Program-made: the position numbers and the translations under genes
Notes under the pieces: generated by a model
What the model was told of the DNA's origin: nothing
The model's input: only the letters and a program-made list of their open reading frames with translations
Databases searched by the model: none
Shown: one piece after another, positions 13,451 through 26,713 of the stretch
Layout of the letters: the number at the start of each line of letters is the position of its first letter
How positions within the stretch are numbered: the stretch's first letter is position 1
From: the human T2T-CHM13v2.0 reference genome, Homo sapiens
Assembly: GCF_009914755.1 (NCBI RefSeq)
Contig: NC_060934.1
DNA: 64,000 bases
Direction: 5' to 3' (one strand)

Positions 13451-15256
13451 GGGTGATGTAGATCTGTTTGAAAAGAGATACAAATAGATGAAATAATGAA
13501 TATTCGTGAATATATATATATTTTCCATAATACAATCACACACACACACAACATTATTAATGGTAATCACATCAGCATTATGATACTGTAATAATGATGT
13601 CTATTTTGAACAACTTAGTACTGTTTAAATATTCTGACATGAATGTTCTATGTATCTAACAACTTATATGTCTTGCTATTTTTCAAATCAGCAAAAATAT
13701 CTCAAGATATCGTTTTTGTTCATGTTGTTGGAGATATCATTTTTGTTTCATTATTTGTTTTTCACCATATTAAATGTTAAATATCCTTTTCTAATGTAAA
13801 AAATAAACACATTTGTTAACAGCATTGCTCCTAGGGTTGTCTTCAAGTGGCCAAGTGTGGATAAGAGATTTTGAACCTCATGTGGAAAAATACAATGTTT
13901 TGGATCCTATTGATAGATTAACAAAATGCACACATGAGTGTGGTCATATCAATGCCAAATGTTTAGCATATTGCAGAGCCTGGCACATAGTATGCTGTCT
14001 ATATATTATTAATTACTATTATTTTTATTATAACTTAGGCCTACTTAATTAAGCATTTGTATTATTTTTTGTAGGCGTGGATAAGACAGTATTGAATATA
14101 TGTGGGGAAATAGTCTTTGAATAAAATTTCCTGATAATACTGTGTTAGCTGGTCAGTGTTTATATGATAGTTCTCCTATTTTGGCTACAACTCCGAGGTC
14201 ATGCTTTGAGTTCCTAATAAAAAAACTACTATCTCAGACCTGTTATGACTGTGTTTAGAATGTTTTGAGAAGAAAATAATTTCTATCTTCCAAAGTGAAA
14301 CACAGGGCTATAAACGCTAGAGGGACATCGATCTTTTCAAAACCTTTTTTTGCTCTGTAGTATTCTACTATAATTATTAATACTATGAGATACAACACAA
14401 GATTAAGGCAGAAAACTGAGATGAAGATTCTCCAAAGAAATGAACTAAGAGAGAAACTTGTTCAGGAATTAAGTTATTTTAGGAAAAAAATAAGTCCTGG
14501 TAGCAGCAGGTGTGTATGCTGTTAGAATGACTGTGTTTTAATTAAGCAGCATTTCCCAACAGAGTAATTACCTATGTTGTTTACTGAACTTTTTTAAAGG
14601 TTCATTAACAAATCTCTAATCTTCTTTCTTCCCATACTCCAGGTTAAAAGGTTTTTTTAAACTTGTTTTTATTAGAAAACTTGTTCTCATTAAGAAGTAT
14701 AAATAGGTTCTGAGCCTATGGAAAATGAATGCTCTTTACAAAGAGGTTCACCTAGAAATTCAAATCAACGTGCTCATAGCCTTACGCACATGGTTTTCTC
14801 TGAGTTTATAAATTTTTTGTGACATTTTATCATAATGAATTATGTCTTAAATATCTACAACATCGAAAATAGTTTTGAGATATTCTCAAATGAATATTAC
14901 CAAAGGAAATTTCTGCAGCTGCCACCAACTCTGGTGGGTGTTACATAGAGGAGTGAAGGGGGATCGTGTGAGTTAGTTGCTACAGCCCAGACCTGTATGG
15001 TATGTTCTATTTTGAACTCCATAGTTGTCAACTGAATTTAAACTTCCCATGTAGACAACATTTTTATTCCTTATAGAAGAATCACTTGTGAAGTCACTAC
15101 CAGGCAGGCCATCATGTGAACTCAAAAATTCCTCTGGTTTTTAATGTTCCCAGGAGACTGATTAAGGGCGAAGTATTTTTAATATCCTTACTTATGTTTG
15201 AATTGCCACAAATCCATAGCTTTTTGTTAAAATGTGTAATGGGATTGTGTTTTTAA

Positions 15257-15700
<444 letters not shown>

Positions 15701-16064
15701 AACTCCTGTGTGTCTTTATGTTTGGGCTTTTGACTGAGTTGTTCTATGTTGATACAGGGATATCACAGATACACTGGCAATATACTCATGTTACAGCCCA
15801 GTAATTTTAAGAAAGAAAGAGCAAATGCTTGGTTGAACTAAATTAGGAGATTGAAAAAAAAAGTCCTACATTTTTTACTTGTCATCTGATGCCATCATAG
15901 CATTATCATCTCAGAAACAGACAGAAGTTCACGACTGGAAAGAAATATTTGGAAATGACACACCACTGTTGTTTTTGTTCACAAAAATAGTACAGCTAAG
16001 ATCCCAGCCAGATTTCTTCATACTGAGGTTGTCAAAAATAGATGTTCAAAAAACATTGCATCAA

Positions 16065-16066
<2 letters not shown>

Positions 16067-16095
<29 letters not shown>
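16067..16095. repeat. (CA)n microsatellite
   Basis: Directly visible. Confidence 0.95.
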
Positions 16096-16097
<2 letters not shown>

Positions 16098-16777
16098 TGC
16101 ACACAAAACTTTCAAATGCAATTAATGTACATACATGTTTTCATGCCTGGATGAAAAGGCTTCTAATAGCTACTCAAAGAATGAATGAAAAGCACAATTT
16201 AAAGGACAGTATATCTACAAAATGGACAAGACATAATAGTAACTTTCACAAAAATATAACGTTTGAGTGTTTCTCTCATGTAAATTCTCTACATCATACA
16301 ATCACGTATATTTCCTCTAATAACTACATATGAAATTTTTAAACAATTGTAATTGTAATTTATTGCAACAAAATCATAAAACTAAACTTTGTAAGGCATT
16401 TGACTGATCACTGTACTCTTGCATAGCATAGGTGACATACCACTTAAAAAATTTTTAAAGCCCCAGATAGTCCAAAATCTTCCTAATTTTCAAAGAGAAA
16501 CAAAAGATACGGCACTACTTTTATTCTTTCATTAATCTAAAACTAGTCTTTTCAACGAAACTATAAAATGTGAGAAAAATAAAGTCAACATTTAACCCTA
16601 TGCCAAAAGATCCTTAATATTTGCAAATATTTGTCTTATAAATCCTTAGCTTCTGGTGACCATTCAATTAATAAATATAGTTGGTCCTTTATGTTCCTGG
16701 TATCTTCCTGCATTATAATTTTAAGAGTTTAAGACTTCATCCATTAACCCCGTAAGAACAAGCATGAATATATCACA

Positions 16778-16910
16778 TGAAGCTAAAGTGGGAGAATCAC
16801 CTGAGCCTGGAGGGCTGCAGTGAGCTGTGATCGTGATCGTGATCGTGATCGTGCCACTGCACTCCTGGGCAACAAAGTGAGACTCTTTCTCAAAAACAAA
16901 ACAAAACAAG
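16778..16910 (+). mobile_element. 5'-truncated Alu right arm (AluJ/FRAM) containing (GTGATC)4
   Basis: ggagaatcacctgagcctggagggctgcagtgagc...ccactgcactcctgggcaac followed by an (AAAAC)n tail. Confidence 0.8.
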
Positions 16911-18279
16911 TTACACAAAAGAATTCATATTGTTACTTTTCAAACTTATAAGTGTTTGTACATGTAGTCTTTAGTTAATTGGTGTGAATTTTGCATTCAA
17001 GGTTAAACAAACAAACAAACAAACAAAAACCCAGAACAGGATTGCCCTTAGTTTTATCATTTCTTGCTATATTATATTCCATCAAGGAATGTGAGGGCAG
17101 AAAGTGACTACCACGCAATTGTAAAATTCAGCTTTAATAGGGTCTCTAATAATTTCTTAGATAAACTTGTGGAGTAGATTAATGTGAGGACTGGGCTGTG
17201 AATTTATCACTTTATCTCTTCTGTATCAACCATAATTGGTGTTCCACAAAAATTTGTGTAATTAATATGAAGTCCTCAAATAAATCTTGAGCATCAGTAA
17301 TCAAGTGAAATATTATGTATAATACAGATTAAAATTTGGACATTTTCTTTTATATTTCAATACCGTGGATAAAACACGCGTATGCACACACACAACACAC
17401 ACAAACACACAGTTTTAAATCTTGTTATGGTAGCATTCTATAAGGAAGAAAAGACCTCAGATTGCATTCTCATGTGAAGATTTAAGTGAGAATAAAATAA
17501 TTATCTAGTAAATCCTGGTGGTACTTAGTCCATCATGATAATTAAGGCAGATTTTATGCATAATTGCATTGACCTCATATTTTCCCTTATTATTTGTAGA
17601 CACATTACAATATATCCAAAAAAACGTAATTTGGCTTGTCAATAATGAAATGTCAAGTCTGTAGTACTTCCTGGTTTATAATGGAATTTTAATAAAATTG
17701 TAAAAGCTATCTAAAATGATACCAATAAATCATTTTAGGTAACACTTTCAGTAATATTCATTTAATGCATGTACAACCCTCTAAGTTTCATTCTTTTGAA
17801 TTTAATGTATTCCTGCTGTACCATATTTTCATTATTTGGGGTATGATCATACATTCTGTCTAGTTTTGCTTTATGATATTTATGATATTTTTATTGTTTT
17901 CAGTACAGAAACTAAGCTAGATGTCCTTATGCCGGGCAGGCGATTGGTTTTAGACTCTGGTCCTTATTTAAAATTAAGTGCAAATTTTCATTTAAATATA
18001 TTTTGGGGGTTACTAAAATGAAAAAAACTGACTCAAGAACTAAACTACAATTAAAACATATGATCAAAATACTATTATAACAGGAAATATAATTTAGAAA
18101 CTATAGAGTTGCCAATAGAGAGCTCTGAGGGATATTCCTAGCATTTTCTTTTTTTAAAAAAGGAAAAAGTTGATGCATATATTTAAGTTATTTTGGTTCT
18201 ATTAGCTTTAATAAGGGTCTATGAGTCTAAGAAAAGAGATTTTTCATGAACTGTGGATTTAATATTAAGGCAAGGAATC

Positions 18280-18705
18280 TGTGGTAGAGAGAATTCTGAA
18301 ATGCCATCCTGCCAAGGTTTCTACCCTCTGGTTAGGTGCCCCATTCTCTCTCTTCTGGAGTGTGGGTGGGAACACGAATACAATGCATTCCGCTTCCTTC
18401 GTGAGGTTATCTTATAATACATGCCAAAGCAGAAAGGAATGTGAGGAAAGAACTAAAATCTCAAATCAATTGACCATAAATTAATCCTGAGTGGATGTGA
18501 CCTATTGAGGTGAACTCTTAAATACAATCTAGACCCTTCTTGAAGACAGACTGTAGAAGCCAGGAGAAATTCTCCTGCTCCATCGGGAAGAAGCAAACTT
18601 CCATATTGAGGCAACAGATTAAGACCAAGCTATAGGAGCTGAAAGCAAACCCTAAAAGACAAATAGCAAAAGAATGAACACCTCAGTCCTACCGATACAA
18701 GAAAA
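18280..18705 (+). mobile_element. MLT1E/F-like MaLR LTR remnant
   Basis: Starts tgtggtagagagaattct, with gagtgtgggtggga and gaagaagcaaac motifs. Diverged. Confidence 0.55.
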
Positions 18706-19320
18706 TCTTTCATCAAATGAAGAGCAGTTTGTTTTAATTGTTTTATCTTCGACTCAAATTATCTGAATTTACTTGACAATGACAATAATTTACATTCAAG
18801 AGCACTTTACACAATGACTTGACAAATGATCCCCAGAGTTAAAATTTGCTGCCTTCCACATTATTTTTTGTTGTTGTTTTCTGGATATTTCTGTAATATA
18901 ATAGGCTAACAAAAGTATGAATATTATTTTCTACATACATTAAGAAGAATTGTGCAACAGTATTTTGCTTAGGATTGAAATATTTTAAAATATCAAAGTA
19001 TTCTCTTGAAACTGAAGTTGGAAAATGCCATGTATAAATTGCTTCCTTTAACCAGAGAAAAGCAATGCAACAAAGGTGAATTCAGGTGCAATAAAATTTT
19101 AATTTAAATTTCCCAGTTATTATAATAGGTTTTAGAACTTACAGATAACTTTTTATAACATAAAAGTTATGAATATATTTTCCAAAAGCTCAAAAAAGCT
19201 GAAGGACTTCAAAAATGATATCTTAGAATGATGAAAATAATACAATAGAAAACAGGCAGGTAGTGAAGACCTGGTCAACATCCTACCTGTAAGCTATTTT
19301 AAGGGGTTGCTAAATAAGCA

Positions 19321-19820
19321 TAAAACAATCTTTGCAAAAAAATTATAACAGTGAGAAAATTATGACAGTGAAAGAGATCTGATTTAACCCACCTCCCGTC
19401 TTGCCTTTTTCTAAGTTGTCCTGAGGTTTTGGGGCAAGCTAACTTTGAGAGACATTTAGATTGTAGTTTAAATGATACTAGCCATTCTACAAAAGTCGAC
19501 TACCTTTGTAAACCTAATAAAAGCCCCTCAGACTGGGGAGGAGAGGAATCTAAATTATGCCTATACACATAAACAATTCCCAGTCACACCTGCAGATAAC
19601 ACCACTATTGTATATCGGCCTTCTGAGATATCTATTCAGGTTTTTTGCATGTCTGACACCCATGGTTCCACCTGGACCTAATGGTTCCACTTGGACCTGT
19701 CAACCTCACTCCTGTGGCCTGACCCAGAAGTGATTCAGCAGGCAGGAAGACAGTTTCACCACCTATGATTTCATCTCTGCCCCAACCTATCAGCAGCAAG
19801 CCTAGCAACCTTTACCCCAT
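19321..19820 (+). mobile_element. ERV1 (MER4-group, LTR8/LTR26-like) solo LTR, 5' part, split by HERV-L
   Basis: Start t(a)aaac...tttgcaaaaaaattataacagtgagaaaattatgacagtgaaagagatctg is typical of the LTR8/LTR26 group. Preceded by AGCA (19317-19320). Confidence 0.8.
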
Positions 19821-20305
19821 GGTGATGGTTAATACTGAGTGTCAACTTGATTGGATTGAAGGATGCAAAGTATTGACCCTGGGTGGGTCTGTGAGGGTGT
19901 TGCCAAAGGAGATTAACATTTCAGTCAGGGGGCTGGGACAGGCAGACCCACCCTCAATCTGGGCGGGCACCATCTAATCAGCTGCCAGTGCAGCTAGAAT
20001 ATAAAGCAGATAGAAAAATGTGAAAAGAGAGGCTGGCCTAGCCGCTCGGCCTACATCTTTCTCCCATGCTGAATGCTTCTTGCCCTCAAACACTGGATTC
20101 CAAGTTCTTCAGTTTTGAGACTTGGACTGGCTCTCCTTGCTGCTCAGCTTGCAGATGGCCTATTGTGAGACCTGTGACCATGTGAGTTAATACTTAATAA
20201 ATTCCTCTTTACATATATCTATGTCTATATATCTATGTATATCTACATCTATATCTGTATCTATATATCCTATTAGTTCTGTCCTAGAGAACCCTGACTA
20301 ATACA
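19821..20305 (+). mobile_element. HERV-L 5' LTR (MLT2A1)
   Basis: (t>g)gtgatggttaatactgagtgtcaac...ccctgactaataca. TATAAA at 20000-20005, AATAAA at 20196-20201. Confidence 0.92.
19848..19858 (-). promoter_or_regulatory. DUX4-like double-homeodomain site in the 5' LTR
   Basis: TGATTGGATTG is CAATCCAATCA on the minus strand, one mismatch to TAAYYBAATCA. MLT2A1 is an established DUX4-responsive LTR family. Binding at this copy is untested. Confidence 0.55.
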
Positions 20306-20310
20306 GATTT

Positions 20311-20328
20311 TGGTAGCAGAAGTGGTTC
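20311..20328 (+). promoter_or_regulatory. Primer-binding site (tRNA-Leu-type, degenerate)
   Basis: tggtagcagaagtggttc lies 5 nt after the 5' LTR, at the HERV-L PBS position. Confidence 0.7.
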
Positions 20329-20329
20329 T

Positions 20330-22100
20330 AGGGGAGCAGATTATTAAGGATGAAGTCCCTTCATTGTTTTTGGGGTTTCTGGACTTGGCTGCTTAATATG
20401 ATTAGACACAAAAACGCTAAGGACCCTACTTCTAACATACGGAGACCACTGAGAGTCCTTGGTGTAAACTGTTTAGAGAGTTATGTAGAATAAATGCATT
20501 TGACACTCTTGATTCTCTGCTCATGAGAGGCAAGGAGTTTAGTGACTCTGTATAATACCTTTGTCCATATCTGGAGAACCAAGAAACATAATGAAGGAGG
20601 TTGGTTTCTCTTAAGTTCAGTGGACACAATGATGAAAAAAAATGAGGAACTCAGGAATTCTAACTCCTGGATTCAGAAGTGGATACTCAGCCTCAAATCT
20701 GCTAAGAATGCCCTGAGTGAGAGTCTTATCTTCTGGAGAGAAAGATCTGAAATTGTGGAAAAGCAGACACAGCTCTTATCATGAGAGTGGTTGACATGCA
20801 ATGAAAGGTGCATGCACAGCCTCACCAGGTGTCTCCTGTTAAAGTCAGGGGATTGATTGGAAAAGAATGGGAATGTGCAACTTGTAATGGTGACGTGTGG
20901 GAGGACCCTGATGATGTTGGAGACACTGAGTTTGTAAACTCTGATGAACCTTTTTTGCTAGAAGAAATAGCTTCCCCATCCCCAATAGTGGCAACATCCC
21001 CTCCCCAACCCATGCTGCCATCAGCCTTTACACATTTGTTTGAGGAGATAAACTCTGCACTGCCTGAGACAACAGTGATGGCCTCCACCAAGGAAGTCGC
21101 CAGGCAAGATAATGTTGATTCTCCTCCGGAGCCACCCTCAACACCCCCGTTTGCTTCGAGACCTATAACTAGACTAAAGTACTGGTGGGGCCCTAGAGGT
21201 AAGGTTCAGAGTGTGACCCATGAGGAGGTATGCTACACTAGAAAAGAACTGCTTGAGTTTTCTAATTTATATGAGCATAAGTCTTGAGAACAGGCATGGG
21301 AATGGATATCAAGGGTGTGGGATAACGGTGGATGGAACACAAAGTTGGTTGGATCAGGCTGAATTTATTGATTTGGGCCCACTAAGTAGGGAATCTGCAT
21401 TTAATGTTGCAGTTGAGGGAGTTACAAAAGGTTCTAATAGTTTATTTTCTTGGTTAGCTGATATATGGATTAATAGATGGCCCATGTGAGCGAGCTGGAA
21501 ATGCCTGATATCTCTTAGTTTAATGTAGAGGAAGGGATCCAAAGGCTTAAGGAGATTGGGATTGTGGAGTAGATTAGTCATTTTAGACCTATCATCTGAA
21601 CTGGAAGGGCCCAGAAGATATACCCTTGGCCAATGCCTTGTGCAATAGATTTGTGAGGACAGCACCTGCATCTTTGAAGAGCCCTGTAATTGCTCTTCTC
21701 TGTATGTCAGAGCTAACAGTGGGAGCTGCAGTCAGTCACTCAACTACGAAATTTAAATAAAATGGGAATAATTGGATCCTGAGGTGGCAGGGGTGAAGTG
21801 GCAGCACTCAACCATCAAAAGCAAAGTGGGTGTAGCTACTGTAATGGACAGCAGAGGCAAAGTGGCAATCAGAATAATCTGACTCATGTTGAGCTCTGGC
21901 ATTGGCTAATTAATCACAGTGTCCTTAGAAGTGAAATTGATAGGAAGCATACTGCATTTCTACTTAATTTATGTAAGCAGAAAACTTCTGGGTCGAATGG
22001 ACAAAAGACTAATTTGAATTTTAAAAACAGAGAATCATGGCTCCTCAATGAATTTTTAGATTTGTGCCAGTTTACAGACCTAGAACCTCTTGAATGAAGG
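20330..22100 (+). pseudogene. gag: HERV-L gag remnant (multiple stops and frameshifts)
   Basis: ORF pieces 20542-20784, 20808-21287 (VRGLIGKEW...NGDVWEDP, Pro-rich), 21220-21489 (LDQAEFIDLGPLSR) and 21798-22097 resemble ERV-L Gag. Confidence 0.8.
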
Positions 22101-22115
22101 GGAGGCCAGGTCCCT

Positions 22116-22574
22116 TTGAGGAAGGAACCAACTACATTACTGACAATTTATGCTGTTAATCTTTCTCCCTTCCTTCACCAAGGAGACTTCCAGCTTTTTA
22201 CCAGTGTAACTGTACATTGGGGAAAGGGAAATTATCAAACATTTTGGGGACTACTGGACACTGGCTCTGAGCTGACGTTGATTCCAGGGGACCCAAAACG
22301 TCATTGTGGTGTTCCAGTTAAAGTAAGGGCTTATTGAGGTCAGGTAATCAAAAGAGTTTTAGCTCAGGTCCAACTTACAGTGGGTCCAGTGGGTCCCTGG
22401 ACTCATCCTGTAGTCATTTCCTCAGTGCTAGAATGCATAATTGGCACAGACATACTTAGCAGCTGGCAGAAAGACCACATTGGCTCCCTGACTGGGAGGG
22501 TGAGGGCTACTATGGTGGGAAAGGCCAAATGGAAGCCATCAGAGCTACCTCCACCTAGAAGAATAGGTGGGTAA
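22116..22574 (+). pseudogene. pro: HERV-L aspartic protease remnant
   Basis: LLDTGSELTLIPGD with the catalytic DTG at 22257-22265, followed by CIIGTDIL. In-frame stop at about 22335. Confidence 0.9.
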
Positions 22575-24350
22575 ATCAAAAACAATATCACATCCCTGGA
22601 GGGATTGCAGAGATTAGTGCCACCATCAAGAACTTGAAAGACGCAGGAGTGATGATTTCCACCACATCCCCATTCAACTCTCCCATTTGGCCTGTGCAGA
22701 AGACAGATGGATCTTGGAAAATGACAGTGGATTATCATAAGCTTAACCACAGGGTGACTCTAATTGCAGCTGCTGTACCAGATGTGGTTTCATTGCTTGA
22801 GGAAATTAACACATCTCCTGGTATCTGGTATGGAGCCATTGACCTGGTAAATGCCTTTTTCTCCATTCCCATCTCAGGCCCACCAGAAGCAATTTGCCTT
22901 CAGCTGGCAAGGCCAGCAATATACCTTTACTGTCCTACCTCAGGGGTATATCAACTCTCCGGCTTTGTGTCATCTTATTTGGAGAGACCCTGATCACTCT
23001 TCACTTCCACAAGATATCACCCTGGCCTATTACATTGATGACATTATGTTGATTGGACCCAATGAGCAAGAAGTAGCAAACACACTGGACTTACTGGTAA
23101 GCCATTTGCAGGCTAGGGGATGGGAAAAAAATCCAATTAAAATTCAGGGACCTTACCTTAGTAAAATTTCTAGGGGTCCAGTGGTGTGGCACCTGTTGAG
23201 ATATTGCTTCTAAGGTAAAGGATAAGTTGCTGCATTTGGCCCCTCCTACAACCAAGAAAGAGGCACAGCGCCTAGTGGGTCTATTTGGATTTTGGATGCA
23301 ACACATTCCTCATTTCGGTGTGTTCCTCTGGCCCATTTATTGAGTGACCCCGAAAGGCTGCCAGCTTTGAGTTGGGTTCTCAACAGAAGACTCTCCATCA
23401 GGTCCAGGCTGCTGTGCAAGCTGCTCTGCCACTTAAGCCATATGACCCAACAGATCCAATGGTGTTGAGGTGTCAGTGGCAGATAGGGATGCTGTTTGGA
23501 GCCTTTGGCAGGTCCCCATAGGTGAATCACAGCTGAGGCATCTAAGATTTTGGAGCAAGTCCCTGCCATCTTCTTCAGATAACTACTCTCCTTTTGAGAG
23601 ACAGCTCTTGGCCTGTTACTGGGCTTTGGTGGAAACAAACATTTGACAATGGGTCATCAAGTCACCATGTGACCTGAACTGCCTCTTATGAACTGGGTGC
23701 TTTGTGACCCATCTAGTTATAAAGTGGCTCACGCACAGCAGCATTCCATCATCAAATGCAAGTAGTATATATATGTGATCAGGTTTGAGCAGGTCCTGAA
23801 GGCAAAAGTGATTTACATGAAGAAGTGGATCTAAAGTCCATGGTCTCCACTCCTGCCACCCTGCCTTCTCTCCCCCAGCCTGTACCAATGGCCTCATGGG
23901 GAGTTCCCTATGATCAGTTGACAGAGGAAGAGAAGAGTAGGGCATGGTTCACAGATGGTTCTGCATGATATACAGACACCACCCGAAAGTCAACAGCTGT
24001 AGCACTACAGTTCCTTTCTAGGACATCCCTAAAGGACAGCAGTGAAGGGAAATCTTCTCATTGGACAGAACTCTGAGCAGTGAACCTGGCTGTGCACTTT
24101 TTATGGAAGTAGAAATGGCCAGATATGCGATTATATACTGATTTATGAGCTGTAGCAATAGTTTGGCTGGATGGTCAAGGAACTTGGAAGAAGCATGATT
24201 GGAAAATTGGTGACAAAGGTATGTGGGGAAGAGGCATGTGGATGGACTTCTCTGAGTGGTCAGAAACTGAAGATATTTGTATCCTATGTGAATGTTCACC
24301 AGCGGGTGACCTCAGCAGAGGAGGATTTTAATAATCGAGTGGATAATATG
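22575..24350 (+). pseudogene. pol: HERV-L reverse transcriptase / RNase H remnant
   Basis: [35 protein letters not shown] (22935-22946), YIDD (23031-23042) and RNase H WFTDGSA (~23945). Frameshifts and stops throughout. Confidence 0.92.
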
Positions 24351-24389
24351 ACCCGTTCTGTTGTCACCACTCAGCCTCTTTCCCCAGCC

Positions 24390-25100
24390 ATCCATGTCAT
24401 CACCCAGTGGGCCCATGAACAAAGTGGCCATGGTGGCAGGAATGGATGTTACACGTGGGCTCAGCAACATGGACTTCCGCTCACCAAGGCTGACCTGGCT
24501 ATGGCCACTGCTGAGTGCCCAATTTGCCAGCAGTAGAGACCAACACTGAGCCCCCAATATGGTACCATTCCTCGGGGTTATCAGCCAGCTACCTGATGGC
24601 AGGTTGATTATATTGGACCTCTTCCATCATGGAAAGGGCAGAGGTTTGTCTTCACTGGAATAGACACTTACCCTGGACATGGGTTTGCCTATCTTGCACT
24701 CAATGCTTCTCCTAAAACTACCATCTGTGGACTGATGGAATGCCTTTTCCACCATCATGGTATTCCACACAGCATTGCCTCTGAACAAAGCACTCACTTT
24801 ACAGCTAAAGAAGTGTGGCAGTAGGCTCATGTTCATGGAATTCCTTGGTCTTACCATATTCCCCATCATCCTGAAGTAGCTGAATTGACAGAATGGTGGA
24901 ATGGCCTTTTGAAGTCACAGTTATAATGCCAACTAGATGACAATACAAAGCTGGGCAAAGTTCTCCAGAAGGCCATGTATGCTGTGAATCAGCATCCAAT
25001 ATATGGTACTGTTTCTCCCATAGCCAGGATGCACGTGTCCAGGAATCAAGGGGTGGAAGTGAAAGTGGCACCACTCACCATCACCCCTAGTGATCCACTA
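24390..25100 (+). pseudogene. HERV-L integrase remnant
   Basis: HHCC zinc finger (WAHEQSGHGG...CPICQQ) and core motifs WQVDYIGPLP and GIDTY. Contains stops. Confidence 0.88.
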
Positions 25101-25450
25101 GCAAAATTTTTGCTTCCTGTTCCCATGACATTACATTCTGCTTGCCTAGAAGTCTTAGTTCCAGAGCGAGGAATGCTGCCCCTAGGAGACACAACAATTC
25201 AAATAAAGGGAAGTTAAGATTGCCACCTGGATACTTTGGGCTCCTCCTACCTTTAAGTCAATAGGCTAAGGAGAGAGTTACAGTGTTGGCTGGGGTGATT
25301 GGCCAGACTATCAAGATAAAATCAGTCTACTACTCCACAATGAAGGTAAGGAAGAGTATGCATGGAATACAGGAGATCTATTAGGGCATCTCTTAATATT
25401 ACCATGCCCTGTGATTAAGGTCATTGTAAAACTGCAACAGTCCAATCCAG
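25100..25450 (+). pseudogene. HERV-L dUTPase remnant
   Basis: Lies downstream of IN, as in ERV-L. Motif VLAGVI(D)PDYQD(E)I at about 25283-25323, frameshifted. Confidence 0.7.
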
Positions 25451-25945
25451 GCAGGAAAAAATGGCTCAGACTCTTCAGGAATTAAGGTTTGGGTCACTCC
25501 ACCAGGAAAAACGAAAAAAGCATGGCCTGCTGAGGTGCTTGCTGAAGGCAAAGGGAATATAGAATTAGTAGTAGAAGAAGGTAGTCATCGATACCAGCTA
25601 TGACCACATGACCAGCTACAAAAACAAGGACTGTAATTGTCATGAATATTTCCTCCTTCTTTTGTTAAAAACATATTTGTGCATTTATACACTTGCGCTG
25701 AGAAAATATCTTTATTTTATTTCCTTTTTCCTTTGTCATGTGACATAAGATTTATTGACTTCATGTCAGTATTTAAGTATTGTTAACTTCATGTAATAGC
25801 ATTTGGGTTGGGGATTGGTGCGTCCAGTTTATGAAGGATAGTTGTATTATGTTAGGCAAAATTATGACGTTATTATTGTCTTTATCTGAAGATTATGTAT
25901 AATCTCAAGAGATGTGTGTGTGTTCAAGTCAACAAAAGGTAGACT

Positions 25946-26554
25946 TGTGATGGTTAATACTAAGTATCAACTTGATTGGATTGAAGGATGCAACGTATTG
26001 ATCCTGGGAGTGTCTGTGAGGGAGTTGTCAAAGGAGAATAACATTTGAGTCAGTGGGCTGGGAAAGGCAGGCCCACCCTTAATCTGGGTTGGCGCCATCT
26101 AATCAGTTACCAACATGGCTAGAATATAAAGCAGGCAGAAAAGCATGAAAAGACTAGACTGGCCTAGCCTCCCAGCCTACATCTTTTTCCCATGCTGGGT
26201 GCTTCCTGCCCTCAAACATCAGACTCCAAGTTCTTCAGTTTTGGGACTTGGACTGGCTCTCCCTTCTCCTCAGCTTTTAGATAGCCTATTGTGGGAGTTA
26301 ATATTTAATAAACTCTCTCTCTCTCTCTATATATATATAAATAAAATAATTATATATATAAATTATATATATTATATATAATTTATATATTATATATAAT
26401 ATATATAATTTATATATAATATATATATAATATATATAATTTATATATAATATATTATATATAAATAAATTAATTATATATATAATTATATATAAAATAA
26501 TTATATATATATATAAAACTAGTTCTATTCCTCTAGAGAACCCTGACTAATACA
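25946..26554 (+). mobile_element. HERV-L 3' LTR (MLT2A1) with expanded AT microsatellite
   Basis: tgtgatggttaatac...ccctgactaataca, preceded by a degenerate PPT. TATAAA at 26125-26130, AATAAA at 26307-26312, DUX-like motif at 25973-25983. Confidence 0.92.
26328..26518. repeat. 191-bp A/T-only low-complexity (TA)n-type tract
   Basis: No G or C in this interval. Preceded by (CT)n. Confidence 0.95.
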
Positions 26555-26713
26555 TCCTTCCCCCAAATTGCCTTTGAAAACCACTCACCTATGAGCTTTG
26601 AAAGAGACTGATTTGAGTGCTAACTCCATCTTGTGTCTTTTAAACTCTTTCTTTACTGCAATGCTGTGGACTTTATTTGTGCAGTGGGCAGGAAAAACCT
26701 CTTGGTGATTACA
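26555..26713 (+). mobile_element. ERV1 solo LTR, 3' part (continuation of 19321-19820)
   Basis: gagactgatttgagtgctaactcc...gtgcagtgggcagg...gattaca, then AGCA (26714-26717), completing a 4-bp TSD. Confidence 0.82.

Larger units (their letters stand above)
19821..26554 (+). mobile_element. Full-length HERV-L provirus with MLT2A1-type LTRs (coding-defective)
   Basis: Two homologous LTRs, a PBS, remnants in the order gag-pro-RT-RNaseH-IN-dUTPase, a PPT-like tract and no env. Length about 6.7 kb. Confidence 0.95.

Noticed and set aside
20330-25450. HERV-L ORFs as a functional or domesticated gag/pol gene
   Set aside because: Every domain is broken by stops or frameshifts. The longest piece is 159 aa, with no sign of selective ORF preservation.
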